DNA of 62,229 nt, counting the filler. It is 9 parts of 9 records of this genome, joined end to end, with 100 filler letters (N's around TTAATTAATTAA, not from the genome) between each part and the next. Parts side by side here need not be neighbours in the genome. Positions count along the whole stretch, not along the records: positions 32,859 to 35,879 come from SRR20825010_2158; positions 35,980 to 49,649 come from SRR20825010_2166; 7 more parts are not named here. One strand, written 5' to 3'. Made by a program: the position numbers and the translations under genes. Positions within the stretch are counted from its first letter, which is position 1. Every line of letters begins with the position of its first letter. Positions 32,859 to 43,216 of this stretch are shown in pieces. The notes beneath the pieces were generated by a model. The model saw nothing but the letters and a program-made list of their open reading frames with translations, did not search any database and had not been told where the DNA came from.

Positions 32859-33920
32859 ATGCTGACCCGCCTGCGCGATTGTCAGCTTTCAGGTCCGATT
32901 CGGGGTCTTTTGTTCCAGCTGAACGAAGGCCTTGGCTGCGTTCCGCGTTCGGAACTTGACAGTCTGGTCAAAGATTTGTCCGACGAAGACCGTAAGGCGC
33001 TTGCCAAGCTTGGTGTGCGTCTTGGTGTTGAAACGGTTCATGTGCTTGACGCGCTTAAGCCGGACCCGGTTGAGCTGCGCGGCATTCTTTGGGCTGTTGC
33101 ACGCGAACTTGATGCGCTTCCTGATTTGCCGCCAGCGGGCCGTACGTCGGTTCCCAATGACCGTGCAAATTCCAAGGGATTCTATCTGGCTGCGGGCTAT
33201 ATGCCGGTGGGGCCGTTGGCCGCACGTGTGGATATGCTTGAACGCTTTGCCGCGTTGCTGCGTCAAAAGGCGCGTGAAAATGATGGTAAGGTTCGCCCTG
33301 ATCCTGATCTTTTGTCGCTTTTGGGCTGCACGGTCGAGCAGGCAGAAGGCGTGTTTACCGCACTTGGCTGGCGTGCCGAAGTAACCAAGGTCAAAAAATC
33401 CGAACTTGAAGCCAAAGAAGCCGAGAAAAAAGGCGCAGAGGCAGCAAAGACAGATAAAGCCGAGGCCGTGGCCGAAGCTGCAACCGAGGTAAAAGCCGAA
33501 ACCCCTGCCGACGTTACAGCAGAAGAAGTGGCCCCGGCTGCAAGCGAAGACGCACCGGCAGAAGCTGTTGCTGAAGTTGCAGCAGTGGATACGGCCGAAG
33601 CCCCGGTCGGGGATGCGCCTTCTGTTGAAACCGATGCAGATGGCGATGAGCTGGTTGAAGTCAAATTCTTCGTTCGTGTCGACCGTCGCAAACGCAGTGG
33701 TCCGGCTGGCCGTGGTCAGCAGCGTGGCCCGCGTCAGGATGCACGCGCCAAAGGTGGCCCAAAAGGCAAGGGTGCAAGCCGCCCGAACCGTGGGGGCAAC
33801 AAAGGCGAACGCGGTGATAAGCCGGGTGGTCGTGGTGGTCAGGCTCCTGAAAAGAAGAACCAGATCAACGAAGATTCACCTTTTGCCAAGCTTAAGGAAA
33901 TGCTTGCAGCCAAAGGCTGA
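32859..33920 (+). CDS. C-terminal part of an alphaproteobacterial SUV3/MgpS-like helicase
   Basis: LAKLGVRLG, RVDMLER, LSLLGC, acidic and basic low-complexity tail ending DSPFAKL; followed by an S4 gene as is usual. Confidence 0.75.
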   Translation: MLTRLRDCQLSGPIRGLLFQLNEGLGCVPRSELDSLVKDLSDEDRKALAKLGVRLGVETVHVLDALKPDPVELRGILWAVARELDALPDLPPAGRTSVPNDRANSKGFYLAAGYMPVGPLAARVDMLERFAALLRQKARENDGKVRPDPDLLSLLGCTVEQAEGVFTALGWRAEVTKVKKSELEAKEAEKKGAEAAKTDKAEAVAEAATEVKAETPADVTAEEVAPAASEDAPAEAVAEVAAVDTAEAPVGDAPSVETDADGDELVEVKFFVRVDRRKRSGPAGRGQQRGPRQDARAKGGPKGKGASRPNRGGNKGERGDKPGGRGGQAPEKKNQINEDSPFAKLKEMLAAKG

Positions 33921-34016
33921 TCGCACCGGATATGAACTTTGGAACGGCGACCCTTGCAGGTCGCCGTTCTGCGTTCTAAATGTAAATTGATCAATTGGTT
34001 ACAGGATCAGAAGGCT

Positions 34017-34424
34017 GTGAAGGAACAGACAGAAAAGCTTCGGATTGATAAATGGCTTTGGCATGCGCGGTTTTACAAAACCAGATCACTGGCCAGTAAA
34101 GCCTGTCAGGCGCGTCATATTGTTCTGAACGGTCAGTCTGTTTCGAAATCCAGCGTGGCGGTGGTCCCCGGTGACCGGCTTCAATTCTTTCAGGGAACGC
34201 ATCTGCGTGTTGTCGAAGTCGTCGGATTGGGGGAACGCCGCGGTCCGGCCCCGGAAGCCCAGACCCTTTATATTGATCATTCACCGCCCAGAATGCCCAA
34301 AAAAGAAGTCGCATCAGATATCAGAACAGCCCCGATAGCGGAACGAGATGCCGGGGCAGGACGCCCGACAAAGGCCGAACGGCGTGCGACCGACAGATTG
34401 CGTGGCGAAGACGGTGACGCATAG
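34017..34424 (+). CDS. RNA-binding S4 domain protein (Hsp15/HslR-like)
   Basis: RIDKWLWHARFYKTRSLA, RRGPAPEAQTLY, GRPTKAERR. Confidence 0.9.
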   Translation: MKEQTEKLRIDKWLWHARFYKTRSLASKACQARHIVLNGQSVSKSSVAVVPGDRLQFFQGTHLRVVEVVGLGERRGPAPEAQTLYIDHSPPRMPKKEVASDIRTAPIAERDAGAGRPTKAERRATDRLRGEDGDA

Positions 34425-34625
34425 AACTTATTAAACCTTGATTGCGATCACTTTGACCTGAATAAATGTGGGTTCGAGCGGGTGTGACGTACGAATATCT
34501 GGTTGTAAGTTACGAAAGATTTTCTTGCGTCGGATTTTGGTATCCTTTATGCATCCTATCTGATGGTATAAGTATACCGCCTTTTGGGTGGTATTAAATC
34601 GTAAGATCTGGAGCAGACCAGCCCC

Positions 34626-35879
34626 ATGACACGTCGGCCGGGACTGAATATCGGAACATTGTCGCATTTGTGCACGGGTCGTTTTGCGCTGTTGGTTGCC
34701 GCTTTGGTAATCAACCTGCTGTCGCTTGCGTTGCCGATCACCTTGCTTCAGGTCTATGACCGCGTTCTTCCGCATAACTCGATCCCGACCCTGACGCTTT
34801 TGGTGTTGGGGGTTCTGGGCGCCTTGGTGCTTGAGGCCCTTTTGCGTCTTGGCCGTGCTTATGTCTCGTCCCTTTCGGCGGCAAAGTTTGAACATCACAG
34901 CGCACAGGTCGCTGTTGGTCATTTGCTCTCAGCCAGCTTGACCGATTATGGAAAAACCGCGCCGGGCTTGCATCTTCAACGGTTAAACAGCCTGAACATG
35001 CTGCGCGACTTTTATTCCGGTCAGGCGATTGGCGCGGTTGTTGATCTGCCGTTTATCATTCTGTTTCTGGCTTTGGTTACGATCATTGGCGGGGTTCTTG
35101 TTGCGGTTCCGCTTGGTATCTTGCTGGCGTTTTTACTTACGGCGGTGTTTTTGGGACAGCAGTTGCGTTCAGCCCTTGATAAGCGCAGCCAGTCTGACGA
35201 ACGCCGCTATAACTTCATCATCGAAACCCTGACCGGGATCCACACCATTAAATCGATGGCAATGGAAAACATGATGATCCGCCGTCATGAACAGCTTCAG
35301 GAACAATGTGCCGGGGATGATCTTGTCGCTGCACGTTCTGCGCATGCTGCGGTCAATGCCAGTGCACTGTTTTCAATGCTGACCATGGTTCTGGTTGCGG
35401 CATTTGGCAGTGTACTGGTGATCCAGGGCAACTTGACGGTTGGGGGTTTGGCGGCCTGTACCATGCTTTCGGGGCGATCCATTCAGCCATTGCAGCGCGC
35501 GATGAGCCTGTGGACCCAGTTCCAGAACATACGTGTTGCCCGCCATCGCGTGCAGGAATTGTTTGAAGTCGAATCTGAAGACAAACCGGGATCGGTCGAA
35601 ATGCCGTTACTTGATGGCAAGATCGAGTTGCTGAATGTCGGCTTTTCGCATGCCGATGGCAAAAAGGTTTTTGATAACCTTGATCTGGTGATCGAACCGG
35701 GTGATTCGATTGCGGTTACCGGCGACAACGGGACGGGTAAAACCACCTTGTTGTGGATGTTGATGGGGGCGTTGCGCCCTGATCGCGGTGAGATATTGCT
35801 TGATGGTAAAAATCCGGCGGATTACAGCGCGGAATCCACCCGACGTCAAATTGCCTATCTGCCGCAACATGGTGTGATG
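34626..35879 (+). CDS. Type I secretion-type ABC transporter (truncated)
   Basis: INLLSLALP..QVYDRV membrane domain, Walker A GDNGTGKT. Confidence 0.88.
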
Positions 35880-35979
35880 NNNNNNNNNNNNNNNNNNNNN
35901 NNNNNNNNNNNNNNNNNNNNNNNTTAATTAATTAANNNNNNNNNNNNNNNNNNNNNNNNNNNNNNNNNNNNNNNNNNNN
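35880..35979. other. Artificial contig spacer
   Basis: N-TTAATTAATTAA-N. Confidence 0.98.
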
Positions 35980-36033
35980 TAGAATATCAGATTTCGGCTC
36001 TGAGGGTTGGGGGTTCGAATCCTCCCTGGGTCA
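35980..36033 (+). tRNA. tRNA-Arg(TCG), 5' truncated
   Basis: Anticodon arm TCAGA-TTTCGGC-TCTGA, T-loop GGTTCGAATCC. Confidence 0.85.
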
Positions 36034-36037
36034 CAAT

Positions 36038-36069
36038 AAAAAAAGCACGCTTTTAAAGCGTGCTTTTTT
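36038..36069. terminator. Bidirectional rho-independent terminator
   Basis: AAAAAAGCACGCT-TTTAA-AGCGTGCTTTTTT. Confidence 0.85.
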
Positions 36070-36073
36070 GTTT

Positions 36074-38470
36074 TTATGCAACTTTACCAATTGCCTTGTT
36101 TAAGGCATTTTTGCTCATTTTTGAGAAGAGCAGCGGACCGTTTACAGGCTTAGTGACCAAATCGTTCGCTCCCAGCTCAAATATCTTCTTTCGTGTGCTA
36201 CTGGTGTTGTCGGCCGTTAGTACTATAATGGGAACTTTGGGGTCGCAGTTCGCTTGGCCATTTCGAATGATCGAAGTAGTTTCAAAACCATCCATCTCGG
36301 GCATTTGTAAATCCATCAAAATAATGTCGAAACTTTGCTCTTTCATTATTTCCAATGCCTCTTTACCGTGGTTGGCAATAGTAAGGTTGGCATTGGCCCA
36401 ATTTTTCTTGAAAAGCAATTTAACCACGGTCTGGTTCATTTTGTTGTCTTCTACATAGAGTATATTACCGATTTCCCTATTAAATGGGGTTTCTACTTTT
36501 GATTCCTCATCAACTATTATCTGGTCCTCATCGATTTCAAAATTTAGCGTTAGTTCACAGGTCGTGCCCAAATCGGTGTTTTGTCGTAAATCAATAGTGC
36601 CGCTTTGAAGGTCTACATAGGTTTTTGCAATGTAAAGTCCCAATCCTAATCCGCTGTACTCGCGTTTGTCCATAAAGGATTTTTTGGTAAACGATTCAAA
36701 AATAGTGCTCATCTTCTCTTTGGAGATGCCAATGCCGGTGTCCTTTATATTAAAGCGTATCGAGGCTTTGTTTTCGCCATTTCGAGTACATAAAACCTCG
36801 ACTTCAACCTTTCCTTTATTGGTAAATTTGATGGCATTATCTAAAAGATGGTTAAGGATTTGGGCCAGTTTCGCTTTGTCGCCCACAATTCTGGACGGTA
36901 AATTATCTGAAATCGATATGTTGAATTCTAAACCTTTGGCAAGCGCTTTTTTCTCTTGTGACTTTAAGATTTTGGTCAGCGTGGAATTCAAGTCAAAAGG
37001 AACCTCTTGCAACTCTTGATTGCCCTTTTCAATAACGGTAAAGTCCAAGATGTCTTCAATGTTTCCCAGTAAGTTCTTCGAGGAGCTCAAGAGCATTTTA
37101 CATTTTTCATCAAGATTTTCCTCCTCTTTGTTTTCTTGAAGCGATGTGGCCACACCCATGATCAAGTTTAGCGGGGTGCGGAGTTCGTGACTGATGTTCG
37201 ATAGAAACGAAGACTTGATTTCGTTCATGTCTTCGGCCCGTTGTAAGGCCAACAACTGGTTCTGTTCATTCTCCATTCTAAGATCCCTGATTCTGTTGCT
37301 CATCGATATGGATAGAAATATAATTTCCAGACCGATTCCAAATTTGGTTCCGTTGCTAGTGAAAAATGAGTTTTCTATAGTGTTGAAATTGTTTAGAATG
37401 AAGACCACAAAACCCAAGACCAAAAAACTGATACCTATTACAAAATAGGAATCCACAGGTACTTTTTTCAGTTTTAAAGTCGCCAAAGAAACAATCATTT
37501 GAAGCAAGACCAAGATTCCTATGCCGTTGGCCAAAGGGTAGCAGTATTCAAAATTGGGGGATAAGGCCAGAATCAGCATACCTATGATGATGGAAGCTCC
37601 CATTATATTATTGGTAATGTGCAAAATAGGGCTATTCCTTTTTAGGTTAAGATACACGTCGCCGTACTTGCCAAAGAAAAATAGTGAGGTAAGTGCCGTT
37701 AACAACACGGCCCTATCTGAAAGCCATCCGCCCTCAGGGGTAAAATATTGATGAAAAAAGCCGTCCAGCGAAAACTGCATCAAAGCAATAAAGAGCACAT
37801 AACAGGCATAGTAAACAAAAGCTTTGTCCTTTAAGGCAAAAAAGAAAAAGAGGTAAATAATGCTCGCCAAGACCAAAATGCCATAAAAGAAACCATAAAA
37901 AACCTGTTCCTTGTAGGTCAAGTTGAAGAAGTTTCCTTCCCTGTACAGATCCATGGGCAGCATTACAACCTCTCCATCACTTTTAAGATTGATGTAGGCG
38001 GTTACTTTTTGGTTTGGTTTAAGTTCAATATCAAAAATGGACTTTCTGTGCTGAACGGTTTTTTTTGAAAATGGAATTTTATCACCACTGAACTGTTTCT
38101 GTACATCGCCAGTTCCATCGACAAGGTATAGGTTGACCACATCTGTTATTGGACGTGCGGTTTCTAAGTAATATTGTTCAAATTCATCCGCTGTGTTATG
38201 TAGACTGAACTTCAACCAATAGTTATCATTGGAAAAACCTAAGTTTTCTTTCAAACCGGAGAGCGGAACAAAATTCAGACTTGGATTGTCTCTTATTTCC
38301 TCAAAACTATAATTTTTTTGCCCTGCCAGTAAAACTGTTGTTATGGAGCGAAGTGAAATTGCTTCCGTGGTGTTTTCGTTTTGCGAAAACTGTGCGTTGG
38401 AAATAGAAATAGAAGTAAGCAATAATGCAATTAACCATATTAATGGCCTTGGGGGGGACATTTGATACAT
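36074..38470 (-). CDS. Hybrid sensor histidine kinase (7TM-DISMED2, 7TM, HisKA, HATPase, receiver)
   Basis: NLGFSNDNYWLKF sensor, seven TM segments, SHELRTPL, NAIKFT, DTGIG, LMDLQMPEMDG. Confidence 0.92.
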   Translation of the reverse strand: MYQMSPPRPLIWLIALLLTSISISNAQFSQNENTTEAISLRSITTVLLAGQKNYSFEEIRDNPSLNFVPLSGLKENLGFSNDNYWLKFSLHNTADEFEQYYLETARPITDVVNLYLVDGTGDVQKQFSGDKIPFSKKTVQHRKSIFDIELKPNQKVTAYINLKSDGEVVMLPMDLYREGNFFNLTYKEQVFYGFFYGILVLASIIYLFFFFALKDKAFVYYACYVLFIALMQFSLDGFFHQYFTPEGGWLSDRAVLLTALTSLFFFGKYGDVYLNLKRNSPILHITNNIMGASIIIGMLILALSPNFEYCYPLANGIGILVLLQMIVSLATLKLKKVPVDSYFVIGISFLVLGFVVFILNNFNTIENSFFTSNGTKFGIGLEIIFLSISMSNRIRDLRMENEQNQLLALQRAEDMNEIKSSFLSNISHELRTPLNLIMGVATSLQENKEEENLDEKCKMLLSSSKNLLGNIEDILDFTVIEKGNQELQEVPFDLNSTLTKILKSQEKKALAKGLEFNISISDNLPSRIVGDKAKLAQILNHLLDNAIKFTNKGKVEVEVLCTRNGENKASIRFNIKDTGIGISKEKMSTIFESFTKKSFMDKREYSGLGLGLYIAKTYVDLQSGTIDLRQNTDLGTTCELTLNFEIDEDQIIVDEESKVETPFNREIGNILYVEDNKMNQTVVKLLFKKNWANANLTIANHGKEALEIMKEQSFDIILMDLQMPEMDGFETTSIIRNGQANCDPKVPIIVLTADNTSSTRKKIFELGANDLVTKPVNGPLLFSKMSKNALNKAIGKVA

Positions 38471-38657
38471 TAAGTAGGTTTTACTGATACTGTTTTTTTG
38501 GAAAACAGAATCCTGTTAGTTTGGTTTGTATTTTAAACGTATGGATGCTACACTTATTATTAAGGCCGGTGTGAATGGGCCAAATTTGGATGTAATTGAG
38601 AGAAACTTCGATGAACAGAAGTTTTTACAAAGAGATACCTTTATTCGCGGTCTGTTA

Positions 38658-39224
38658 TTAGTTTGGATTTAGTCTTAAAAGCCCCATAGTTTTCTCATAA
38701 TCCGCGGAACTGTTACTGGATACACCAGTTGTTGAAGCAATTGAAGCAGGAACCAAAACATAACGTATGCCATAATTCTCTGTTTCAGATTGAATAATGT
38801 TTATGGTAATTGGTTGTCCATCAAAGAAAACCCTGAAGCCTTCGAACGCTTTGGTTTGATAGTTTTGGTTTTCGGAAAACTTACCAAAGACATAATCAAA
38901 ATGATCATTTTCGGAAAAGTTATAAGGTAGAATCCTCGAGTATGTACCATTTTTATAGTACATAAGCACTATCCCCCCGTTTTTAGTAAACGATTCCAAG
39001 TTATCAACCGGAATATCCAGAATGGCATTTCCTGTCTCAAGATTTTTCCATGTCCAAATAATAGGTATCCAATCGGAAGCAAATACATTGGCATTGCCAT
39101 CCTTACCGTCTTTACCGGCAGGGCCGGTTTCGCCATCTTCCCCAGAGCACGAAAATAAAATCAGCACAAGAATCAATAAAAAATGGTGGGTTGATTTTCT
39201 TAAAAGGACACAATTGGTTTTCAT
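38658..39224 (-). CDS. Bacteroidota lipoprotein with short collagen-like stretch
   Basis: Lipobox LFSC then GEDGETGPAGKDGKDGNANV..SDW; ends IRYVLVP. Confidence 0.75.
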   Translation of the reverse strand: MKTNCVLLRKSTHHFLLILVLILFSCSGEDGETGPAGKDGKDGNANVFASDWIPIIWTWKNLETGNAILDIPVDNLESFTKNGGIVLMYYKNGTYSRILPYNFSENDHFDYVFGKFSENQNYQTKAFEGFRVFFDGQPITINIIQSETENYGIRYVLVPASIASTTGVSSNSSADYEKTMGLLRLNPN

Positions 39225-39444
39225 GTTTTTTTTTAAATAAATATAAGTCTTGGTTTTAAGAGATTTGGGGGCCAATTGATGGATGTGGATTATGAATTGA
39301 CGGATGCATGCTTTGAAGCAGCAGAATGGTTTAACCAAGCCTGCAAAATGATAAAAATGAACATCTTTTTTTGGTAATCTCGGTTTTGCTTGAAAGGAAT
39401 TGATGGCTTTAAGGACTATTAAAGGGTTAAACTTTTAATTCCTT

Positions 39445-39891
39445 ATGATCAACAAATTCATTGTTCTTTTATTTTTAGTGATGTGTACATATGGTTTTTC
39501 CCAAACCATTGATTATAATACCAAGAGCGGGTATGCTGTTCAAGGTTACGATGTGGTCTCTTACTTTGATAAAGCTCCATTGGAAGGAAAAGAAGAGTTC
39601 TCCACAACTTTTGATGGGACTAAGTTTAAGTTCTACAATGCAAGAAACTTACAAAGGTTTAAAGAAAGCCCTTTGGAGTACTTGCCAAAATATGGTGGCT
39701 ATTGCGCTTATGCAGTCGCTGTGAATGGCAAAAAAGTGAACGTAGATCCAGAAACTTATGAAATCAGGAATGGGAAGCTCTACCTTTTCTACAACAAGGG
39801 AAAAAACAACACCTTAGAGTTTTGGTTGAACGAATCGCCGGAAGAACTGCGACAAAAAGCGGACGAAAACTGGGAGGTTATCAAAAATTGA
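39445..39891 (+). CDS. Exported YHS-domain protein (Cys form of the YHS (seleno)protein family)
   Basis: Signal peptide, AVQGYDVVSYF, YLPKYGGYCAYAV, GKLYLFY, ADENW. Confidence 0.85.
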   Translation: MINKFIVLLFLVMCTYGFSQTIDYNTKSGYAVQGYDVVSYFDKAPLEGKEEFSTTFDGTKFKFYNARNLQRFKESPLEYLPKYGGYCAYAVAVNGKKVNVDPETYEIRNGKLYLFYNKGKNNTLEFWLNESPEELRQKADENWEVIKN

Positions 39892-39996
39892 ATATAAGCT
39901 TTTGACCAATCGGAAACCATACCGGGATTCAACCTTGAATTTTCTTTTTATCTTATACTCATAAATCAAAAAACGAATTATAAAGAATCCACCATC

Positions 39997-40482
39997 ATGT
40001 TCAAATCTTCTTTGAAAACATTGGAGCAGTTCAAAAAAGTACTGTCAGAATTACCCAATGGATGTTACTCGCAAACCTGCCAAATTCTTTCCAACGCCAC
40101 TATAGGGCAGCACACCCGCCACATTATAGAACTGTACCTCTGTTTGATCAATGGATATGAGGTGGCAGATGTTTCCTATGATAAACGGGAACGCAACACC
40201 AAAATTGAAGAAGATGTTGACTTTGCATTGAAACAATTGACGTATATCCAAATGAATTTGACGAAACCGAACAAGGCAATAAAAGTCACTTATGAATTGG
40301 CAGACGAAGAAGTTTGCTTGGATTCAAATTATTTCAGGGAAGTCATGTATAATTTGGAGCATACAATTCATCATCAGGCGTTGATCAAGATAGGTGTAAG
40401 GCATTTTTCGACCCAAGAAATCCCGGAATCCTTTGGGGTTGCTCCATCAACCATAGAATACAGAAAGGTATGTGCACAGTAA
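39997..40482 (+). CDS. DinB/YfiT-like four-helix metal-binding protein
   Basis: IGQHTRHIIE and EHTIHHQALI His motifs, C-terminal FGVAPST. Confidence 0.82.
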   Translation: MFKSSLKTLEQFKKVLSELPNGCYSQTCQILSNATIGQHTRHIIELYLCLINGYEVADVSYDKRERNTKIEEDVDFALKQLTYIQMNLTKPNKAIKVTYELADEEVCLDSNYFREVMYNLEHTIHHQALIKIGVRHFSTQEIPESFGVAPSTIEYRKVCAQ

Positions 40483-41186
40483 GCTTCATTTATTCAGGAG
40501 GTAAGCATTTCATTACTTCCAACCGCGATGAACATGTTTCCAGGCCATTGGCCTTGCGGCCGCAGGAGGAAATCATAGGTTCCGTAAAGGTGCTTTTTCC
40601 AAAAGACCCAAAAGCTGGCGGTACTTGGTTTGCACTTAATGAAAATGGTTTGGTGGCCGTGCTCCTTAATGGCGGTTTTGTGAATCACGTGCCAATGGGG
40701 AACTATGCGCGTAGTCGTGGCCTTGTGCTATTGGATGTAATCGCATCCGAGCAACCTTATGATTTACTCGAGGAGATAGAACTCTTCAACATAGAACCCT
40801 TTACCCTGATTTTGTTCAATGGAAGTTTGTTGGAGTTTAGATGGGATGGACATCAAAAATATTATAGACCGTTGGATGCAACAAAAAATCATATTTGGTC
40901 CTCTGCAACACTATACAAAGATGAAGTGATTGAACACCGAAGAAATTTATTTCAAAAATTTGTAGAAAGAAATTCCCATATCACTGCTAGCACCGTGGTT
41001 GATTTTCACTCCAATAATCACGATGATTTCGAAAACGGATTTATCATTGACCGGGAGACAGGTCTCAAAACCTTTAGCGTTACCCAGGCTGTTTTAGATG
41101 ATGATGAAATTGTGATGCGCCATCTCGATTTATTGAACGATAAACTTTTTGAAGTTCCCTTCTCACCAAGTCAACTCACGTTTTAA
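40470..41186 (+). CDS. NRDE/TANGO2 family protein (Ntn-hydrolase-like)
   Basis: MCTV start (Cys2), SNRDE, GGTW, SRGL. Overlaps DinB by 13 nt. Confidence 0.9.
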   Translation: MCTVSFIYSGGKHFITSNRDEHVSRPLALRPQEEIIGSVKVLFPKDPKAGGTWFALNENGLVAVLLNGGFVNHVPMGNYARSRGLVLLDVIASEQPYDLLEEIELFNIEPFTLILFNGSLLEFRWDGHQKYYRPLDATKNHIWSSATLYKDEVIEHRRNLFQKFVERNSHITASTVVDFHSNNHDDFENGFIIDRETGLKTFSVTQAVLDDDEIVMRHLDLLNDKLFEVPFSPSQLTF

Positions 41187-41191
41187 TTGTA

Positions 41192-42232
41192 ATGGACTCG
41201 CTAAAACTGCTATGTCACCGCATCACCCATTGGGAGTATTGGCCGTTTTGGCTGATTTATTATCCCATGGCCCCTGTTTGGCTGTATTATTCGATTAAGG
41301 CGCGTTCGTTATTCTTTTTTAATGCTGCCAATCCCAGTATGAGGAATGGGGGGATGGCCATGATATCCAAAATGGAGATTTACAACATGATTCCTGCGGA
41401 GTTTATTCCACAAACGCTCTTTTTTGATAAGGATGTTGCACCAGGGAAGGCATTGGAGCGAGTACTGGACCATGGCATCGGTTTTCCCTTTATAGCTAAA
41501 CCAGATATTGGAATGAAGGCTTTTGGAGTGGAAAAAATCCATGATAAAGATGAATTTCAAAAATATGCGAACTGGACACCTTCCCATTTTTTGGTACAGG
41601 ATTTAATTCCATATCAAAAGGAAGTAGGTATATTTTATGTGCGTAAACCGGGCGAAAATCGAGGAAAAATTACTGGAGTAGTCTCTAAAGAGTTTTTAGC
41701 TATCACAGGGGATGGGGAAAGCACTATGTTGGAACTCATCAAAAAGAATCCGCGTAGCCACTTGCAGTTAAAGGTTTTAGAACGGAAGTTTGGTGCTCAA
41801 CTTCAAAATGTGTTGGCCAAGGGAGAAGAATTTATTCTGGTGCCCTATGGAAGCCATACACGTGGGGCGAAGTTTGTGGACATCAGCCATAAAATAAATA
41901 CTGAATTGGTACAGACCATTGATGAGGTCTGTTCCCAGATGGAAGGCTTTTATTATGGGAGATTGGATGTACTCTATAACACTTTTGAAGAGCTTTGTGA
42001 AGGAAAGAATTTTAGCATTATTGAAGTGAATGGGGCAGGGGGAGAGGCCACCCATATCTACGACCCCAAACATTCACTGATTTGGGCTTGGATAGAGGTT
42101 GCGCGCCATTGGGGCATGTTGTGTGAAATTAGCATTGCCAATAAAAAGGCAGGCCATACTTATTTAAGCTTTAAGGATGGTAGGGCCATGCTAAAACAAA
42201 CCGGCGCTTTGCAGGCACAATTAAGGTTTTAA
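41192..42232 (+). CDS. ATP-grasp ligase-like protein with aromatic N-terminal membrane segment
   Basis: [13 protein letters not shown]..., [29 protein letters not shown]. Confidence 0.8.
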   Translation: MDSLKLLCHRITHWEYWPFWLIYYPMAPVWLYYSIKARSLFFFNAANPSMRNGGMAMISKMEIYNMIPAEFIPQTLFFDKDVAPGKALERVLDHGIGFPFIAKPDIGMKAFGVEKIHDKDEFQKYANWTPSHFLVQDLIPYQKEVGIFYVRKPGENRGKITGVVSKEFLAITGDGESTMLELIKKNPRSHLQLKVLERKFGAQLQNVLAKGEEFILVPYGSHTRGAKFVDISHKINTELVQTIDEVCSQMEGFYYGRLDVLYNTFEELCEGKNFSIIEVNGAGGEATHIYDPKHSLIWAWIEVARHWGMLCEISIANKKAGHTYLSFKDGRAMLKQTGALQAQLRF

Positions 42233-42702
42233 AGGATTTTCTGAAGATAACTTTCCATAGCACTGGGCTCGGTCGTGGGCGCAAATCGTTTTGCGGGCTT
42301 ACCAGTTTTATCGATAACAAATTTGGTAAAGTTCCATTTGATTTTTCCGCCCAATAAGCCACTCAATTCTGATTTCAGATATTTAAAAATGGGATGTGCA
42401 CCGCTGCCATTTACATCAACCTTTGCAAACATGGGGAAGCTTACCCCATAGTTTACTTGACAAAATTCCTGTATATCATCGGCGCTGTCCGGCTCTTGGT
42501 TCCCAAATTGATTGCATGGGAACCCCAAAATCACCAATCCTTGGTTCTTATAATTTTTATAGAGTGTTTCCAGACCTTCATATTGCGGTGTAAGCCCGCA
42601 CTTGCTGGCCGTATTGACCACCACTATGGCCTTGCCCTTGTATTTTTCCATGGACTCTGGTGTGCCGTCCAAGCGCTCCGCTTCAAAATTATAAAATTCC
42701 AT
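42229..42702 (-). CDS. Glutathione peroxidase family protein (Cys type)
   Basis: [23 protein letters not shown]. Confidence 0.95.
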   Translation of the reverse strand: MEFYNFEAERLDGTPESMEKYKGKAIVVVNTASKCGLTPQYEGLETLYKNYKNQGLVILGFPCNQFGNQEPDSADDIQEFCQVNYGVSFPMFAKVDVNGSGAHPIFKYLKSELSGLLGGKIKWNFTKFVIDKTGKPAKRFAPTTEPSAMESYLQKIL

Positions 42703-42707
42703 AGGTG

Positions 42708-43127
42708 CTATTTTTGTTTGTTGATAAGGTATTTTAATGCTCCGGTGGACCAAAGGGCCCAAAGGATCAATACAGGCTGGAAAAATAGGCGAATCAGCCT
42801 CTTGAGGTCGGTATCCAGTCCAAAAGCGTCAATGCCATTGGTATATTGCGAAATATTTCCGGGGAATATCAATACATAGAAAATGGCCAGCACAATACCT
42901 ACTTTTACTTTGTACTTGACCAAAAGGACCATGGCAAGTCCCAGAAGAATCTCAACAACGCCAGAAGCTACCACCGCAAAATCCATAAAAGCGTCGCTTG
43001 TGGGCAACCATCGTGGCACTTGTGCCTGAAATTCCTCTCGTTGGAAAGTGAGGTGGCCAATCCCAGCCATAATCATTAAGAGGCCAAGGATGACCCTAAA
43101 TACATTTTGTGTGGTGCTTGTTTTCAT
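42708..43127 (-). CDS. DoxX-like membrane protein
   Basis: Four TM segments, AGIGHL, SGVVEI, FPGNI, RLFFQP. Confidence 0.8.
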   Translation of the reverse strand: MKTSTTQNVFRVILGLLMIMAGIGHLTFQREEFQAQVPRWLPTSDAFMDFAVVASGVVEILLGLAMVLLVKYKVKVGIVLAIFYVLIFPGNISQYTNGIDAFGLDTDLKRLIRLFFQPVLILWALWSTGALKYLINKQK

Positions 43128-43216
43128 TTGAAAGCTTTTTCAGATTCCCTTAAAGATAGTCATATCAATGGGTAAGCTTTTTCGGAAAAACAACAAATAT
43201 TATCTCAAATCAAGAT

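Noticed and set aside
39445-42702. Selenocysteine recoding in the YHS protein or Gpx
   Set aside because: Both active-site positions are Cys codons in uninterrupted frames, with no in-frame TGA.
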